A stretch of 64,000 bases of DNA from Perkinsus chesapeaki ATCC PRA-425 (GCA_013115145.1 JAAPAO010000090.1:1-64000), one strand, 5' to 3'; positions 23,950 to 36,600 are shown, numbered from the stretch's first letter. Notes: generated from the sequence alone by a model not told the origin. Made by a program: numbers and translations.

Positions 23950-25440
23950 AATGCCTCACCGGCCGAGTGTTACCAAATTGTACGCCTCTTATCTCGGATG
24001 CCACTACATCCCACGGCCTTCTCAGCTGCTGGTCATGATTCCGGACTGGTAGCATGAGCCTTTGGCGATCTGCCCGTGCCAGGAAGGTACTTCAGGCTCA
24101 CGATGCTGATACAGCTGATAATAATGGTATCGGTTTCTCCTTCACTCGCCTGCACAAGTCTCACAGGAAGCTCCGTCTCAACCGATGTCGGCATGGTCGC
24201 TACTACTATTGCCCCATAGAATTCCTATTGATTCAGGGCGCCGTTCCAAGTGGCACAAACACCACGGGGGTTGGCCGCATGAAACCGGTCAGCACATGTG
24301 GCCTGGCATCCCCCTCGAAGAAGCTGGTAATTATCAGGTCGAGACGCCATCTATGCGATACCCTCTGGGCCCGGTGGTGGACCTGGCGGCAGCTCACTCA
24401 CCGACAACTTCGCATACCTTTCCGCACCGCTGATGAAGGTGGCATCTGCTACGGTTCCTTAGACTCAGTTCGCCAGGTACCGCTCGAGCTCGCCCCGTTT
24501 GGAACGAGAGTGGCATCTCTGACCCCTGAAAGTATCCACAATCTTATCTGTATTGGAGCGACCGTTAGACCTCTCACACTGCATAATTCCCCATCCGTGC
24601 AGACGATCGATTTTCTATGGCAACCGAGGCGTTGGCTTGAAGTTAGGCATGCAATTAATGCGCACCCTTTCCTAAGCCGTGGTTGCCAGGCTTAGCTCAG
24701 AGACCAGCGGACTAGCTCACCTTCCCATGGTTCGCAGTTTTCATACAATATGCGAGTCGAGTTTGTGAGTAAGCAAGTTCTGCATCTTCTTCATGCTACG
24801 AAGCTGCACTGTTGCTCGGTCCGTAGCCCCTAATGGCTCAGCAATGATGGGCAGTTCGAGGTGACCTATCCCACTGCATCCGTCGGGAAATATGTTCGAG
24901 GCGCTGAGGACTCGGCGTCGTTGTGTAGTGTTGAATGTAGCATGCCTTTGCATCATCTTCTGTCGAGCGATAGCCCCGAGCCATCTGCAACAGCATTCGG
25001 TCTGTTCCGACATCACCATCATCACCGTAAGTCCATCTCTCATAACGAAATCGTTCCGTGTCGCTTCGGCTCTCAGCTCCTAGTATTTTCATAATCCCCA
25101 GTGGAGGAGGGTGCGGTTGTGGAGGAGGGAGCGGTATGGCCGCCGGCTTCCCCTTCACCGGACCAATCAAGGTGGCAGATCCACCCATCACTGGCATCGT
25201 CTTGCTTGTGCAGTTACCGAACATCGCGCCACATTACCACTACCATGGTCGGCACTATTACGGTGCATCCGAGGAGGCATTGATGTGTGTGTTCGGTCTA
25301 GCTAGAGAGTGGCTCGGCATGGGCCGCCTGCGGTCGCGGCGGGTAGGGCAAATGGTCAACGATAGCTGTGGAGATTACTGTTGCCTTCAGTGCAGCAGGC
25401 ATAGGTCTGCTAGCTACCAGGATGACTTGTGGCAACTTTG
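23950..25440. other. Probable coding region; gene model and strand unresolved
   Basis: GC content and GTGAG/GTAAG donor sites look genic on both strands, for example the minus-strand exon candidate HEEDAELAYSQTRLAYCMKTANHGK with AG/GT borders. No family recognised. Confidence 0.3.
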
Positions 25441-25522
25441 ATGGCTATTCTGCTGTAAAATAACGTATAAGAGGCGTTGTGTTACCTGCCTAGTTCGGAG
25501 GGGTCCTCAGGTGGCCTACGCA

Positions 25523-28062
25523 ATGACCGCACCAAAAGGTAACCACAGCACCCCGGCAGTAGCATCCTTCAGCAACAGCCTTTATGGGCCTAAAGGAGGA
25601 AAGACGCACTTTACAGTGAAGGGCACGGAGACCTTGACACCAAGTGAAGAGAGGACCCCTCGGAAGCTACGGAAGTCTGTTCCTGTGAGATTGGTCCACA
25701 AGCCCGCGCAGTCGTTGGTGACACTGGCTGGTTAGGAGTATTTCACGAGCCTCTCAAGCCCCAAAAACCCAGCTAACCGTCCTCGGGGCATCAGAGTGGT
25801 TCAATCGGCCCGCCATATGTCGGACTCACCGGTAGGCATTTTGCTCACCTCAGCAGCTAGTAGCGCCAAAAGGTGCATCCTGTCGATGGAGTATCGGCTC
25901 CTGTCTTGCCCCGCGAAGACCCCATCGGTAGCAGCAGACCCGGCATGCGCGAGCATTTTGGCCTGTCAGGTTTCAGAGGTTCTCTGAGCGTCGGTCCTGT
26001 ATACTGCCAGGCTCACGATAAACCAGAAACAAGGCCGCACAGGTAGCGGCGGTGGCGGCGGTCAAATCCGCACCAGACATATCCCTGCTACTCAGCTATG
26101 GGGCAGAATTCCGTCCAGGGAGGCGGTTGCAGTCCAGTATAAATGTATCCCTCAGGAAGGTCCACAGCAATGACACACGGAACCCAATAACAGGTCCGTG
26201 CTCCTAGACTCGACCTGAGCTGTGTATTAAGGCGGCTTAGGGCAAGGCTTGGAAGCAGGAGAGCAGCGGCAGAATAGTAGACGCGGCATTGGCACGCAAC
26301 TGAGCACACTGATACCGTCCGAGACCAGCAAGTGGCTGAGCGCCAAGTCGGTGGTGAGTAGGCCCCTCAGCCATTGCATCAGAATGTCTAAACAGGCCTC
26401 TAGCAGTTACTCCCCTCGGAAATACGCCTCATCACACGCGGCAGTCTACAGAGAGCTAGTCACAGTCGGAACGGTGAAGTCGCCGCGGTTGGCGCTGTCC
26501 CTACTGAGAGAAGTGAGTCCTTATATAGATGCACGCAATGCAAGTATCTGCTCCAGCTCCGACACGCGGCAGTGGCCTGAGGGTCAGTGGGGACTACGCG
26601 AGGCTTAAAGGCTCATCGGTAAGGTTACCACTCAGATACACCTAGAGTTATATTGTTCATTTGAGGTCGGTGCTATCTTGACGACAGAGCTCCCGCCGCC
26701 CTCCGCAACCAACGCATCTCAGAGAGGCCGCTCAGTGGGGACAAGTGAGCCTGCCGCTCCTCAGTGGTGTAATTTTCATGCCTAGGTCCTGACTTCGAAC
26801 GGATCTGCCGAGCTACCAGATCCGCTTCGAGGGAGGCAAGGCGCCGTATGAGGCGGGCACAGGCCAATGCAGGTCGGGACCACCTCCACGGCCAAGCATG
26901 AAATGAAGCGCTCTGTTGTGTCTTTGCTGCCATGAGGAGTTGTGTGGGAGGTGTGATGCAGAGGAAGTCGGCTTTACTAGCTTGATCACTTGAATGAGCT
27001 TCTCCTTGCCTGGGCACAGTGCTGCGCTGCTGGCCGCTTTGAGCGTTCGGAGCGCGATTGAGGAGGCTGGTATAGGCGGGGCTACGCGAGGGGAGTACGC
27101 AGCCATCTATGGTGAGGAATTAGGAGATGAATATTTTAAAGTGAGGCGGCGCAAGGCTTACCCACCACTGTACCAGCTTCGACAGAACTCACAACAGAAC
27201 AGCAGCAGCAGCGCCGCCGCCGCGGCCGATTCAGTGTTTGATAATAATGAAGCAGATAGCAATCATGTTGGTGTTCCTGGCTCTTTTCGTTGCGACACTC
27301 CCTTGCCTTTGCAGACAGCTCCAGTCCGTGTGGGCACTCCGGCCAGCAGCACCTCCTCGACTACCACAAGCCCTCAAGTGACCCCAGCGACAACAGCATC
27401 GAGGCAGTTGGAGGAAACCCAGGAGCCCCACGGCGGCGGCGCCGGAGATCAGCGCTCGAGACCGTCCGAGCTCTTCCTCGACGACGATGACGATAGTGAG
27501 CTGCTCAGGACTCCTAAGAGCGGTAGGACTGCTGGAGTTAGTGAAGGGCCAGATGAGGTGAGCACCGTGGGGGCTGCCATCTTTTAATCGTTAGTTTCGA
27601 AATTTCAGGTGGATCCTGAAATGGAAGATGATGAGATCCTGGAAAGCCAATTGACTGCTGAAGTAGAAGGCTGAATGTGGCAGTGATCCGATGAACCACT
27701 TCTCTCTTTAGATTGGCGACGTTTACGTCCCGCCGCCAGGAACCACCCCGCCATGGGAGAATCCGCGACGACGTCGAATACTCAACAGCCCTACGGCTGG
27801 GCGGATAGAATGTTATTTCCTCGAGAAGGACCAAGATATGATACGAGTTTGCGAGGCCAACGGTGCCCGAGACCGATGGGTCCCGCGGGAGCGGGTGTTC
27901 TGGCACAGAGGTGAGGCAGCTCCCCAGCGTCTTCGGGGGATGCCGCTTATAGGGCCGGCAGGAATGGCGGAAGTATTCGATGTGTTCGGGGACGGAGAGG
28001 AAGAAGACGGCAGTGAACCTTCAGCTAGGGCAACCAATAACGTCAGAGATTCGCTCATCTGA
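25523..28062 (+). CDS. Hypothetical multi-exon protein with Ser/Thr/acidic low-complexity regions
   Basis: Plus-strand introns (e.g. gtgagt..aaacag near 26354-26396), a long exon ORF at 26994-27587 and a terminal exon at 27838-28062. No motif recognised. Confidence 0.5.
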
Positions 28063-28132
28063 TGACAGGACTATGCGTCATGTTTAGGCCCCATTAAGGC
28101 GACGACAGACGGCTCCATCGAATCGGCGTGGC

Positions 28133-30115
28133 TTGCGGCGCAATAGTTCTGGAGGAGTGCACACGCCGCGGGGATTCAGTGAAAGGAATACTATGTCGCC
28201 CCCGAACCCGAGACGGGGAACACCGCAGCGCCAGGTCAAGCGGACCAGAACATCTGCGACGACGCCAACAAGCGCACGGCGGAGGGGCAGAAGCGTCTGC
28301 TCGCGAACCCCGGCCAATGTGGACAGCACATTACAGCAGTGGAGATTGTTTGAATATCTTACCTCGGCCACACCGACACAGTGGATGCGGGAGGTGTTCT
28401 GCGAATCTCCAGATGCCGAGGTTCAAAGGGTCATGGCCGAGGGCTTCCATGGCATCTTACCTGATGATGAACTAGTGGCTATGGCTGGGGACTCCCGACA
28501 GGAGATGCCCCTCCGAATAGTTGCTCTCATGGCCCTGCTATCTAGTGGTGATGCGACCCAGAACCAGGAGAGCTGTCGCCAAGTCGCCGCGCTGGTCATC
28601 GACGAGCTCAACTCTGCCATAACACTCGCTGAGATCGGCGTTGTTATCCTGATGGCAATCTGCCAAAGTATATCAGGGTCGATCGGGACGGACCGGGCCA
28701 CCAGCATCAGAACTTTGACGGTCCTCAGTTTGGCTTCGACCGTCAGAGTACGCATCCTATGGAGCGTGTTGAGCCTTGCACTGCCGCAAGGGTTAACCTC
28801 ACCGAACATCGAGGTGTCGGAGGAGGAGATTCTACGCGACCTCCGATTCAAGAAAGCCACTCTCGGGGAGAGGCTCACCGGCGGTCTGCTTGTTGTGTGT
28901 GGCAAGTGGCTCATGACGGGATCGGGCCCGACGCTGAAGATTGGTACGATTATCCCCTGGTTGGTCGGCAGCGGCAGTAGTGCTTCCCTGGCGAGGAGGT
29001 CCTCAGAAGCCGGCAGTGCTGTGGTGGAGCCCTCAGAAGCACCCGCCTTGTTGACAAGGAGTGACCGGTTCCCTAAGAGCGCTGCCATACACGTGTGTAG
29101 GTTAATGATGAGCGCTGGGGCCTGCACTGCTGCTGTTGACGACCCTTTCACACCAACTCATCCGCTGCAGGTGGAGATATACTACAGCTTCCTGCTACAG
29201 CACCACGGTGATCGAGACAGGGTATCAAAGCAGATGGAGCGTTGGGGAGGGGGCTCTCCGAAACTCGCTGAGGCAGTCCTGGAGATCTTGCTACGAGACT
29301 TTCCTCAGCAGTGCTGCAAATCCGGACTGTGGGAGAAGGTTGAGAATTCTGCCCTATATAGATTGGTCGCCTTGCTGCCTGGTCAAGAGAAGCTACCAGT
29401 GGAAGCCTTACGAAGGCTGACTCCACCCTCGACATGGCCAGACAGGGTCCGTCTTTCGCCTTGTACAGTAGACGCTGTATGGGAGCTTTCGATCGCCATC
29501 ACAAACGCTGCTTGCCACTCTACAGCCCTGGACGACGGCAGTAGCGGGCATGAGCTGGAGGTCGCTGTGGAATTTCTAGCGAACACTCTGCAATTGCTGA
29601 TTCGTAGTGCAGAGGATCCCCGTCCAGCCGTACTTCTAAGCAGCGGTGGACTCTGTGACGACAGGCATTTGATGCCCTTAACTACCAAGAGGACACCAGA
29701 ACCTCGACCGTACTGGATTGCCATGTCGGAAGACCGTCTACGCAAATGGTATTTGAAAACCATTCCCGAATCCGACTTTGGGCGCTACATCAAAGATTAT
29801 CAGACAGGAAGCATCCGGCCTCTCTCACCGAGCCTATTCACCAAGATGTCCGAGAAAGCCCGTCGCACAGCTGCTGCAGTTGCCGAGCTCTTTTACTCAA
29901 AACTACTCCAACTATGGGACGCTCCAGATGTCCACCGAGGGCTTCACCGAGCTAGACTGCTCCATTGGATATTCACTGAGTCCCAGCAGCCTCCCTTGGA
30001 TTCATTGAAGCTGGTAGAGAATGGTTATAAACAGGCACTACTGAGCTGGCTGGCGGACCTTTCTTTGAGACCCTCATCATTCGTGGTGAATCGAATTAAA
30101 AGCCTCTTTGATTGA
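28133..30115 (+). CDS. Intronless 660-aa hypothetical protein (basic N-terminus, Leu-rich helical-looking body)
   Basis: Uninterrupted 1983-nt ORF from ATG, followed by an AT-rich 3' region. Confidence 0.85.
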   Translation: MRRNSSGGVHTPRGFSERNTMSPPNPRRGTPQRQVKRTRTSATTPTSARRRGRSVCSRTPANVDSTLQQWRLFEYLTSATPTQWMREVFCESPDAEVQRVMAEGFHGILPDDELVAMAGDSRQEMPLRIVALMALLSSGDATQNQESCRQVAALVIDELNSAITLAEIGVVILMAICQSISGSIGTDRATSIRTLTVLSLASTVRVRILWSVLSLALPQGLTSPNIEVSEEEILRDLRFKKATLGERLTGGLLVVCGKWLMTGSGPTLKIGTIIPWLVGSGSSASLARRSSEAGSAVVEPSEAPALLTRSDRFPKSAAIHVCRLMMSAGACTAAVDDPFTPTHPLQVEIYYSFLLQHHGDRDRVSKQMERWGGGSPKLAEAVLEILLRDFPQQCCKSGLWEKVENSALYRLVALLPGQEKLPVEALRRLTPPSTWPDRVRLSPCTVDAVWELSIAITNAACHSTALDDGSSGHELEVAVEFLANTLQLLIRSAEDPRPAVLLSSGGLCDDRHLMPLTTKRTPEPRPYWIAMSEDRLRKWYLKTIPESDFGRYIKDYQTGSIRPLSPSLFTKMSEKARRTAAAVAELFYSKLLQLWDAPDVHRGLHRARLLHWIFTESQQPPLDSLKLVENGYKQALLSWLADLSLRPSSFVVNRIKSLFD

Positions 30116-30350
30116 CTATTAGTTTCAATAGTTATTCCTTTATTGTGTTCTACATAACAACACAACACTGAATAAATAATCGTTCCTAGAAAACATAGCT
30201 AATGATTAGGTGTTAATGATTGGGCGGCGCGAATCTTATCTCACAATTCTGCGCACCATGCGGCACAATTGGCCACTACAAATCGGGCGGGTACATCAGT
30301 AAACCACCAAAATGATATTCACCTCTTCGATACTTAATCACATTTTACAA

Positions 30351-31283
30351 TTACTGAGAGTAGGTGTGAACCTTGTCTGCAGCAGTCTGATAATACTTAT
30401 CAGCAGTAGCCTTAGCATCGGCAGCATACTTGCCAGCAGTTTCCTTAGCATCGGTGGCGTATTTGGTAGCAGTCTCCTTAGCATCTACCGCGTACTTGCT
30501 AGCAGTATCCTTGGCATCAGCGGCATACTTCGTCGCTGTTTCCTTGGCCTTAGCAGCTTTCTCCTTCACATCAGTAGAGTATTTATTAGCAGCATCCTTA
30601 GCTTGGGCGGAGTACTTGGCGGCAGTCTCCTTAGCTTGAGTGGTGTACTGGTGAACTGTGTCTTGACCCTTCTTCATAGAATCCTGAGCAGCTTCCTTGT
30701 TCTCAGAGAAGGCCTTCTGAAGACGGTCAATAAATGCAACCCACCACTCGCTGGCCTTATTGCGAAGTGCAAGAACATCCTCTTCAGCAATCTGTAAAGC
30801 AGGGAATGTGTCCTTTACATAACCAACCATAGACTTTAACGACTCCAAATAAGCGGAGAAGAAGCCCATTACTGAAGCATAAACCTTCTGCCAGTACATA
30901 GTAACGCAGCTACCACACTTGGTGATTTGGTAGTTGCCACGATAATAAAGGCGGGACGCCACGGTTGAACCCAGAGCTACTGCACGACTGAGAGGACTAA
31001 CGGAAGCCCCTTGACAACTTGATGGACTAGCAGCGGTGGTCTCAGAGCGATCCTCACCAGATTGAGGCTGAGGCTCTACAGGGGGGAGATAGTGGTTTAC
31101 TAACTCTTCGCCCCGACTGAGCAGAGAGTCTAGGAAGGAGTAGACACTTCCCAATGCCGCGTTGGTTGAGCGGGTAACTTTCTTCCCAGCATCAGTTTTC
31201 TTAAAATCATCAACCATCTTCTGAGTCTTCACTGTAGCATTATCAACAGTGCTACTGATAGAGTCGGCAACGTAGTTTGTCAT
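30351..31283 (-). CDS. Perilipin-like protein with C-terminal 11-mer amphipathic repeats (intronless, about 310 aa)
   Basis: Probable ATG at 31283 (MTNYVADS). FLDSLLSRGEELVNHYLPP followed by LSRAVALGSTVASRLY resembles the perilipin EELVDxYLP...RLGSLSTKLRSRAY segment. Seven AKETATKYAAD-type 11-mers. Confidence 0.7.
   Translation of the reverse strand: MTNYVADSISSTVDNATVKTQKMVDDFKKTDAGKKVTRSTNAALGSVYSFLDSLLSRGEELVNHYLPPVEPQPQSGEDRSETTAASPSSCQGASVSPLSRAVALGSTVASRLYYRGNYQITKCGSCVTMYWQKVYASVMGFFSAYLESLKSMVGYVKDTFPALQIAEEDVLALRNKASEWWVAFIDRLQKAFSENKEAAQDSMKKGQDTVHQYTTQAKETAAKYSAQAKDAANKYSTDVKEKAAKAKETATKYAADAKDTASKYAVDAKETATKYATDAKETAGKYAADAKATADKYYQTAADKVHTYSQ
30384..30635 (-). repeat. 33-nt (11-aa) coding tandem repeats
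   Basis: AKETAAKYSAQ, AKDAANKYSTD, a 7-aa spacer, then AKETATKYAAD, AKDTASKYAVD, AKETATKYATD, AKETAGKYAAD and AKATADKYYQT. Confidence 0.95.
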
Positions 31284-32093
31284 TGTTATAAGCAATACCC
31301 AATAACGGAAACAAAGGATAACACACCACAGGACAGCTCGAGAGGAACACAAGAAAATTGCACGCATGCACATACTTGCACAAAGCTCAGTGTCTCCTTA
31401 ACGCGCAACTGGACAGTTTTGCACGAAGTGTTTCCCATTCCCACAACTCAAAATCGACACATGGCGTATTGTCCAACAAACCTAAGATATTGTGCCGGGC
31501 TGAGTTATAAGCACCGTAAGTGTAAACGTTATTCAGCAGATATTCAACTGAGGCAGCCATAACAGGAATGAGACAATACTAATCTATCACTTGGGAGGAG
31601 AATAGATATAACGAGTCATGACTGGATCGGAAGCAGCATAAGCCAGACAACGCCTTGTTAGGTAAAAGGTGAACAGACATCCGAAGCACAGAGTGCTTCG
31701 TCAAGGCATAATATGGTCAAGGAAACGGCAGTAAATGAAACATAATCCGCCATTGAATGATACACGTCTTTACTTGCCTGAAGAATGTCGACTGATAATA
31801 GAACAGAACTTGGTCAACTCCACTCACGCAGCTAAAAACTATTGAATAAAATGGACTAATGATTGATTAACGATGCTTGATAACGCTGAAGACTGAAGAC
31901 ACGAGCCAAAAATCATAAATGTATATCAGACCATGCGCAGGACCCTAAGAGCGGCCATAGCCGCCTGAGCAGCCTGAACTGTTCGGGCCTGAGATGCACT
32001 TGAATGTCGGGGCAGATAGGTAAAAGATGCTCATCACATTGCTCCATTCGTAGTCAGGGTTCGTAGCCTTGAGATTTTCCTTAGCAGCATTGA

Positions 32094-33406
32094 CTATAGC
32101 AGTCGCAAGCAGCCAGTCGTTTGAGTCATTCTGATAGTTATAACTATTGTTCTGAGAGAGCAAGGAACGATAAGATATATTATCATAGTAAAGCAGGTTG
32201 AAGCATTGCTCACCGAAAACTGAAATGGAATTGTATAAAATCCGCCGGGGAGGTATGGCTGTGAGGTGTAGCAGGGCGCAGCAGCAGCAGGTTGCGAGTA
32301 AGGTAAATGGTATGAAACAGGGTACCAAACAGAATCGTTTCCAAGGGATCTGGAAAAAAAGAAAAAGACAAGTTTCCCAAACAGTTCTAGGATAGTGGTG
32401 GTGGCCTTCTTACGTATTAGCCAGGCCGGAATTGGTTCGCGCACGCCCGTTGTTCACCGCTGCAAACGACGAGCGTCTTCTGCTTTCTCCATCCCCTTCA
32501 ATATGTTGATCGATATTAGGCACGCTTGCCCTTCGACCAGCCTTGGCTGATTTTTTATTTGTTTTAAATTTTCCGAGCAGGTCCTCAACAGCCACCCTGG
32601 CAGCAGCGGAAGCACGCTCTATACGGGTACGACCCCTCGAAGAGGTGGTGGAGACTGGGGATGAACCTGGAGACAATTCCAGGCTCTTGCTGCTGCTGAT
32701 CAAGAGAGATTATGTGAATGTTACAAAAATGTTCCTCGCTTGTGATGTTCTGATTTGTCGGCGAAATAACATCTGAACCTCCGTGGACCTGACCGAGGCT
32801 TTCAACGATAGTTCTGGTAGTCTCGCTCGAGAACTCACCGTGGCGTCCGGATTGTGGACGTGCCTCAGCTCCTCGTGGGAGTGAGCAAAAGGGCAATCTT
32901 GAGATCCTTTTCTACACGCCCCGTTCATAAAAGCGATGCACAGCTTCGTCTTGCGGAGGTCTAGTCCCTCATGGACTTCATCAGCGGTATGAGCAAAGCA
33001 ACCTAACAGGATTGCCTTATTGCCATTTGAGTGGAGAGGGCCCAAGATGGACGCACATGCGTTTCCGAAGGTGCAGGCACCTCGAGGATAATACTTGCAT
33101 AGCTTTGTACGATACAGCTTAGCCGCCAGCCGAGTTCCTGCTCAGTATAGTACTAGAAAAGAAAACAACACTACCCTACCGGTCCGAGTTGTAGGAACGC
33201 TATCATGCGTCGCAGCCCTAAAAGTGAAGGTATGATGAGCACGACGGAAACTACGCGGACTACGCCCCATGTGCGCACCTCTTCCGCGGAACGTATTGAT
33301 GCCTCGGACTCTCATAGATGGCAGATTTGGATGCCACCATTGGTGTGGGAGGCGCGGTTGGGGAAGACACATTTGATGAGGAGAAGGAGGGGGAGGATGA
33401 TGACAT
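32094..33406 (-). CDS. Tandem CCCH zinc-finger (RNA-binding) protein
   Basis: KLYRTKLCKYYPRGACTFGNAC|xFAH and LRKTKLCIAFMNGACRKGSQDCPFAHSHEELR, with Ser/Pro-rich flanks. The 3' end is uncertain. Confidence 0.8.
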
Positions 33407-33613
33407 GTTCAGAATTGTGAAATTAACCAAGCTACTCCTGCGGTATTAGCGCCATCAGCGCAACAATCGGGGGAGCAGCCCGAAACAGCCGTCATCACGG
33501 AAAAGTTGTAACTTCCATCAATCATGCGGGACGTGTTGGAATTACAGGACGCGGAGGAGGAACGCGAATATGTCGAAAATGCTATACAGTTTCCTAACTA
33601 CTAACTTCTACAC

Positions 33614-36600
33614 CTAAAACGATTGTGACTTGGACACTTTCAGGGAAGGAGCGTCACGTGGGGTACGGCGCCACTGCCTTCTCATCATAGGCATCGGCGG
33701 CGATCTACTTGATAGTAATAATAGTAGGCGGTCGTCTGTGGGGCACCTTCGAGTGGCGGAGGAGGATGAAGGGGAACCGATGATCTACCTGAGACCGAAA
33801 GACGTCATTGCTGTCAGCGATCGAGGGTCAAACCGTTCCGGGGCAGATACTCCTGAAACTGATGAGAGCGTCTGTTGTCACCAACGAGCGGCGCCGCCAG
33901 AACAGGCAGGTGTGCTCGGTCGTGAGAAGGTCGATGGAACCTACTCACATTGGCAGCAGCTTGCTCGACTTGTGGAGGGTCACCTAAATTCTCTACGGGA
34001 CCGTTCACGACTGCGTCGTTTGCCCATCGAGAACGGCCAGCAGCCGGCGCCACTCGCCGCACGGTCGGAGCCGGCCACAGGCCTCCCGCGCTGGCCCAGC
34101 GACAGCGCCCGTCTTATCGTGTTAGAAGTTGCAGCCATGAGGAAAAGCAATGTGACCTGTTATAGGGGCAGTAAGGCGGGTAAACGGTGGGCGCGCACCA
34201 ACCAGCGCTAGGGCCACCAGCGCCCCAAGCTCGGTCTCCCGAAATCCCCGAGCATCTTGTTCTGGTGGCAGAAGCAACGGGGAGTTGATGACCATACGGG
34301 ACGCGGAGTGATTGGGAACATGGGGGCGATCGGCCAGACTAGGGGGCAGCGTAATGGTGTAGGCATGGTAAAAGCTTACCCAATTCTAGAACGACCGGCA
34401 TCGAAAACGGTGTAGAACTTCTTCATGAAAGTATCGCCGAAGACCCAAGGCGACGTATCGTGGCCCATCTGCACCTGCACCGGCTCGCATCAGCTTCAAT
34501 CATCCACAGCGATCCAATTTAGTCTAGACGCTCACCTCGAGTACACACTGCTTGCTATCGAGACCAGGTCCCGTAAAGTAGTCATGTGGCAGCACCGGAA
34601 ACTGTCGGTTGGCAACGAGAACCTGATCTTGGCAGTAGTAGTAGGGGACCCCTTCCTGCTTCGGGGGCTGCTGCTGTCCTACACTGATTCTTCGGGCATG
34701 CTGCCGTAAATCACATGGACAAATCTGACCATGGTGATCTCTGTAGATGAGACGAGCAGCAGCACTTACAACAAGATTGCTCGGTTTCAGAACCGAACAC
34801 TTGGCGAGCTTATCAGAGGGCAGCAGAGCAGAGAGGAATTTCACAAAGTCCGGTCTTGGAACCATCAAATAAGAGGTTCCGGTGTCCAACACAATAGCCT
34901 GTAGCGGAGCTACCGATTGCACACCAATGCGCCGGCTCAAATTCGGAGGCTTACCTGCCTCTGGACAAGCAAGCGCTTTGGTACAGGTTCAATATCGTCA
35001 CCCCCTTCAACAAGCTCACTGTCAGCAGCAGCAGCCGCCGCCGCCACACCAACAGTGTTCCCTAAGGCGAATCGAGCCATCGACAATCTAACTGTGATTG
35101 CATTCTCTTCCAACCGTCGTCCTTGTGTGACTTTTTCTCTTCGATCACTTCTATAACTGTCTCCATGGCCCAATACACATGACTAACCAACGGAGCCCAC
35201 GTAAGGGTCTCTGCTCGGAACCTACACCACCACCAGCAATCACATCATCCCTCTGCGGTCGACACACTAACATGCTTGCATCCAAGCCACCGAAAGCAAC
35301 GGAGCTTCCCATCGTAGCAGCAGCAATAGGGTCCTCCGACAACGAGAATGCCATAACCTGCCCGATACCGCTCCCTTCCATCTGGCATGCAATTGGTGTA
35401 CTGGTTCCCCCAGGTGCTGTAGGATGTTCTCCAGTGCCGTCGTGCCCGTGCTGCCGAGCGCAGGGAAGCCGAGCCTGCGAACGGCTCTTCATAGGGAGAA
35501 TCAGGAAGCAGTTTTTTACCCCATGACACCATCATACAATCCACCCTCGAGGTCTTCACTAAGTGTCGAAACAACCCTGAGAGCTCCTCAGTGAGGCCAC
35601 AGAGCCAAATGCTGAGTACAAATGCTGATGAGGAATGCAAAGGGCCTCCGCCGAGGTCCGAGTGGGGGGCACTTCTATCATGTCGCTCTTTGGGTTATTG
35701 TCAACTGCTCCGAAACACACCCGGTCCGACCCTAAACCATGCTTCTGCTGCATTCTTTGCCGCCAAGTACCCTCACCCAGCATGCCCTCGATCGACCCAA
35801 CGCCATAGGTCAACTTCCGAGTATCTTTAGACGCCTCGAACGTGCTCGAATTCGACGGGTCGAACCTTGCACGATCCCTCGAGAGTCGTTTCCCTGCTGC
35901 TCACCTCGATCTCGGCACCCAAACGTCAGCGCTGCCAGTGTCAAATATAACAGTGACAGTCTGGGCGGGCACACCAATCTGTATAGGCCCGAAGTACTGG
36001 GTGTTAGCAACGTTGATCAGAGGCTCTAGAATGTACGACAGTCGACTCGGGTCTGCAACAATGACAACGACGACGTATTCGACAGGCCAAATGTCCGAGT
36101 TCACCAGCACCTTTCAAGGCCTGGGAGGTCGAGACCACGGCAGCCGTCTCAACTTCACCAGCCACTGAATTCGCCTGCAGAGCGGTGTTCCACGACAGGC
36201 TCCTTCACGCCCTCTTACATCGTTCGAAAACTCATCACTTTTGGGCCTCCTATAGACCACCTGAGCGAAGCTGCTGTGTTTTTCCCGCTACACACTGATG
36301 AGATATTCTACTTTAAACTCTGATAAAGCGATAGGTATCTGGCCGCGAATCTCCATCGGAGAATTGCTGTCGCAAGGTACACCGGCGTGTGACACTTGTC
36401 TTGACAAGCGCACTTTCACAGGACGCCGCTACAAGAACACCGTTAACAAGAACAAGGGAAAAGCAGGTACTTGTTCATCGCCGTCCGACCGTTGGTCAAC
36501 ACGGACATACGACGCGAACTTATTGTGCGAAGAGCCCCGCAGATCCTGTTCACCGGTTGCCATTGAGAGAACCACCAACCCGAGGTGACCAAGCCTAAGG

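Noticed and set aside
28423-29151. 242-aa minus-strand ORF
   Set aside because: Antisense shadow of the 660-aa ORF.
33630-34211. 193-aa plus-strand ORF
   Set aside because: It overlaps likely minus-strand 3' exons of the aspartic protease and has no motif.
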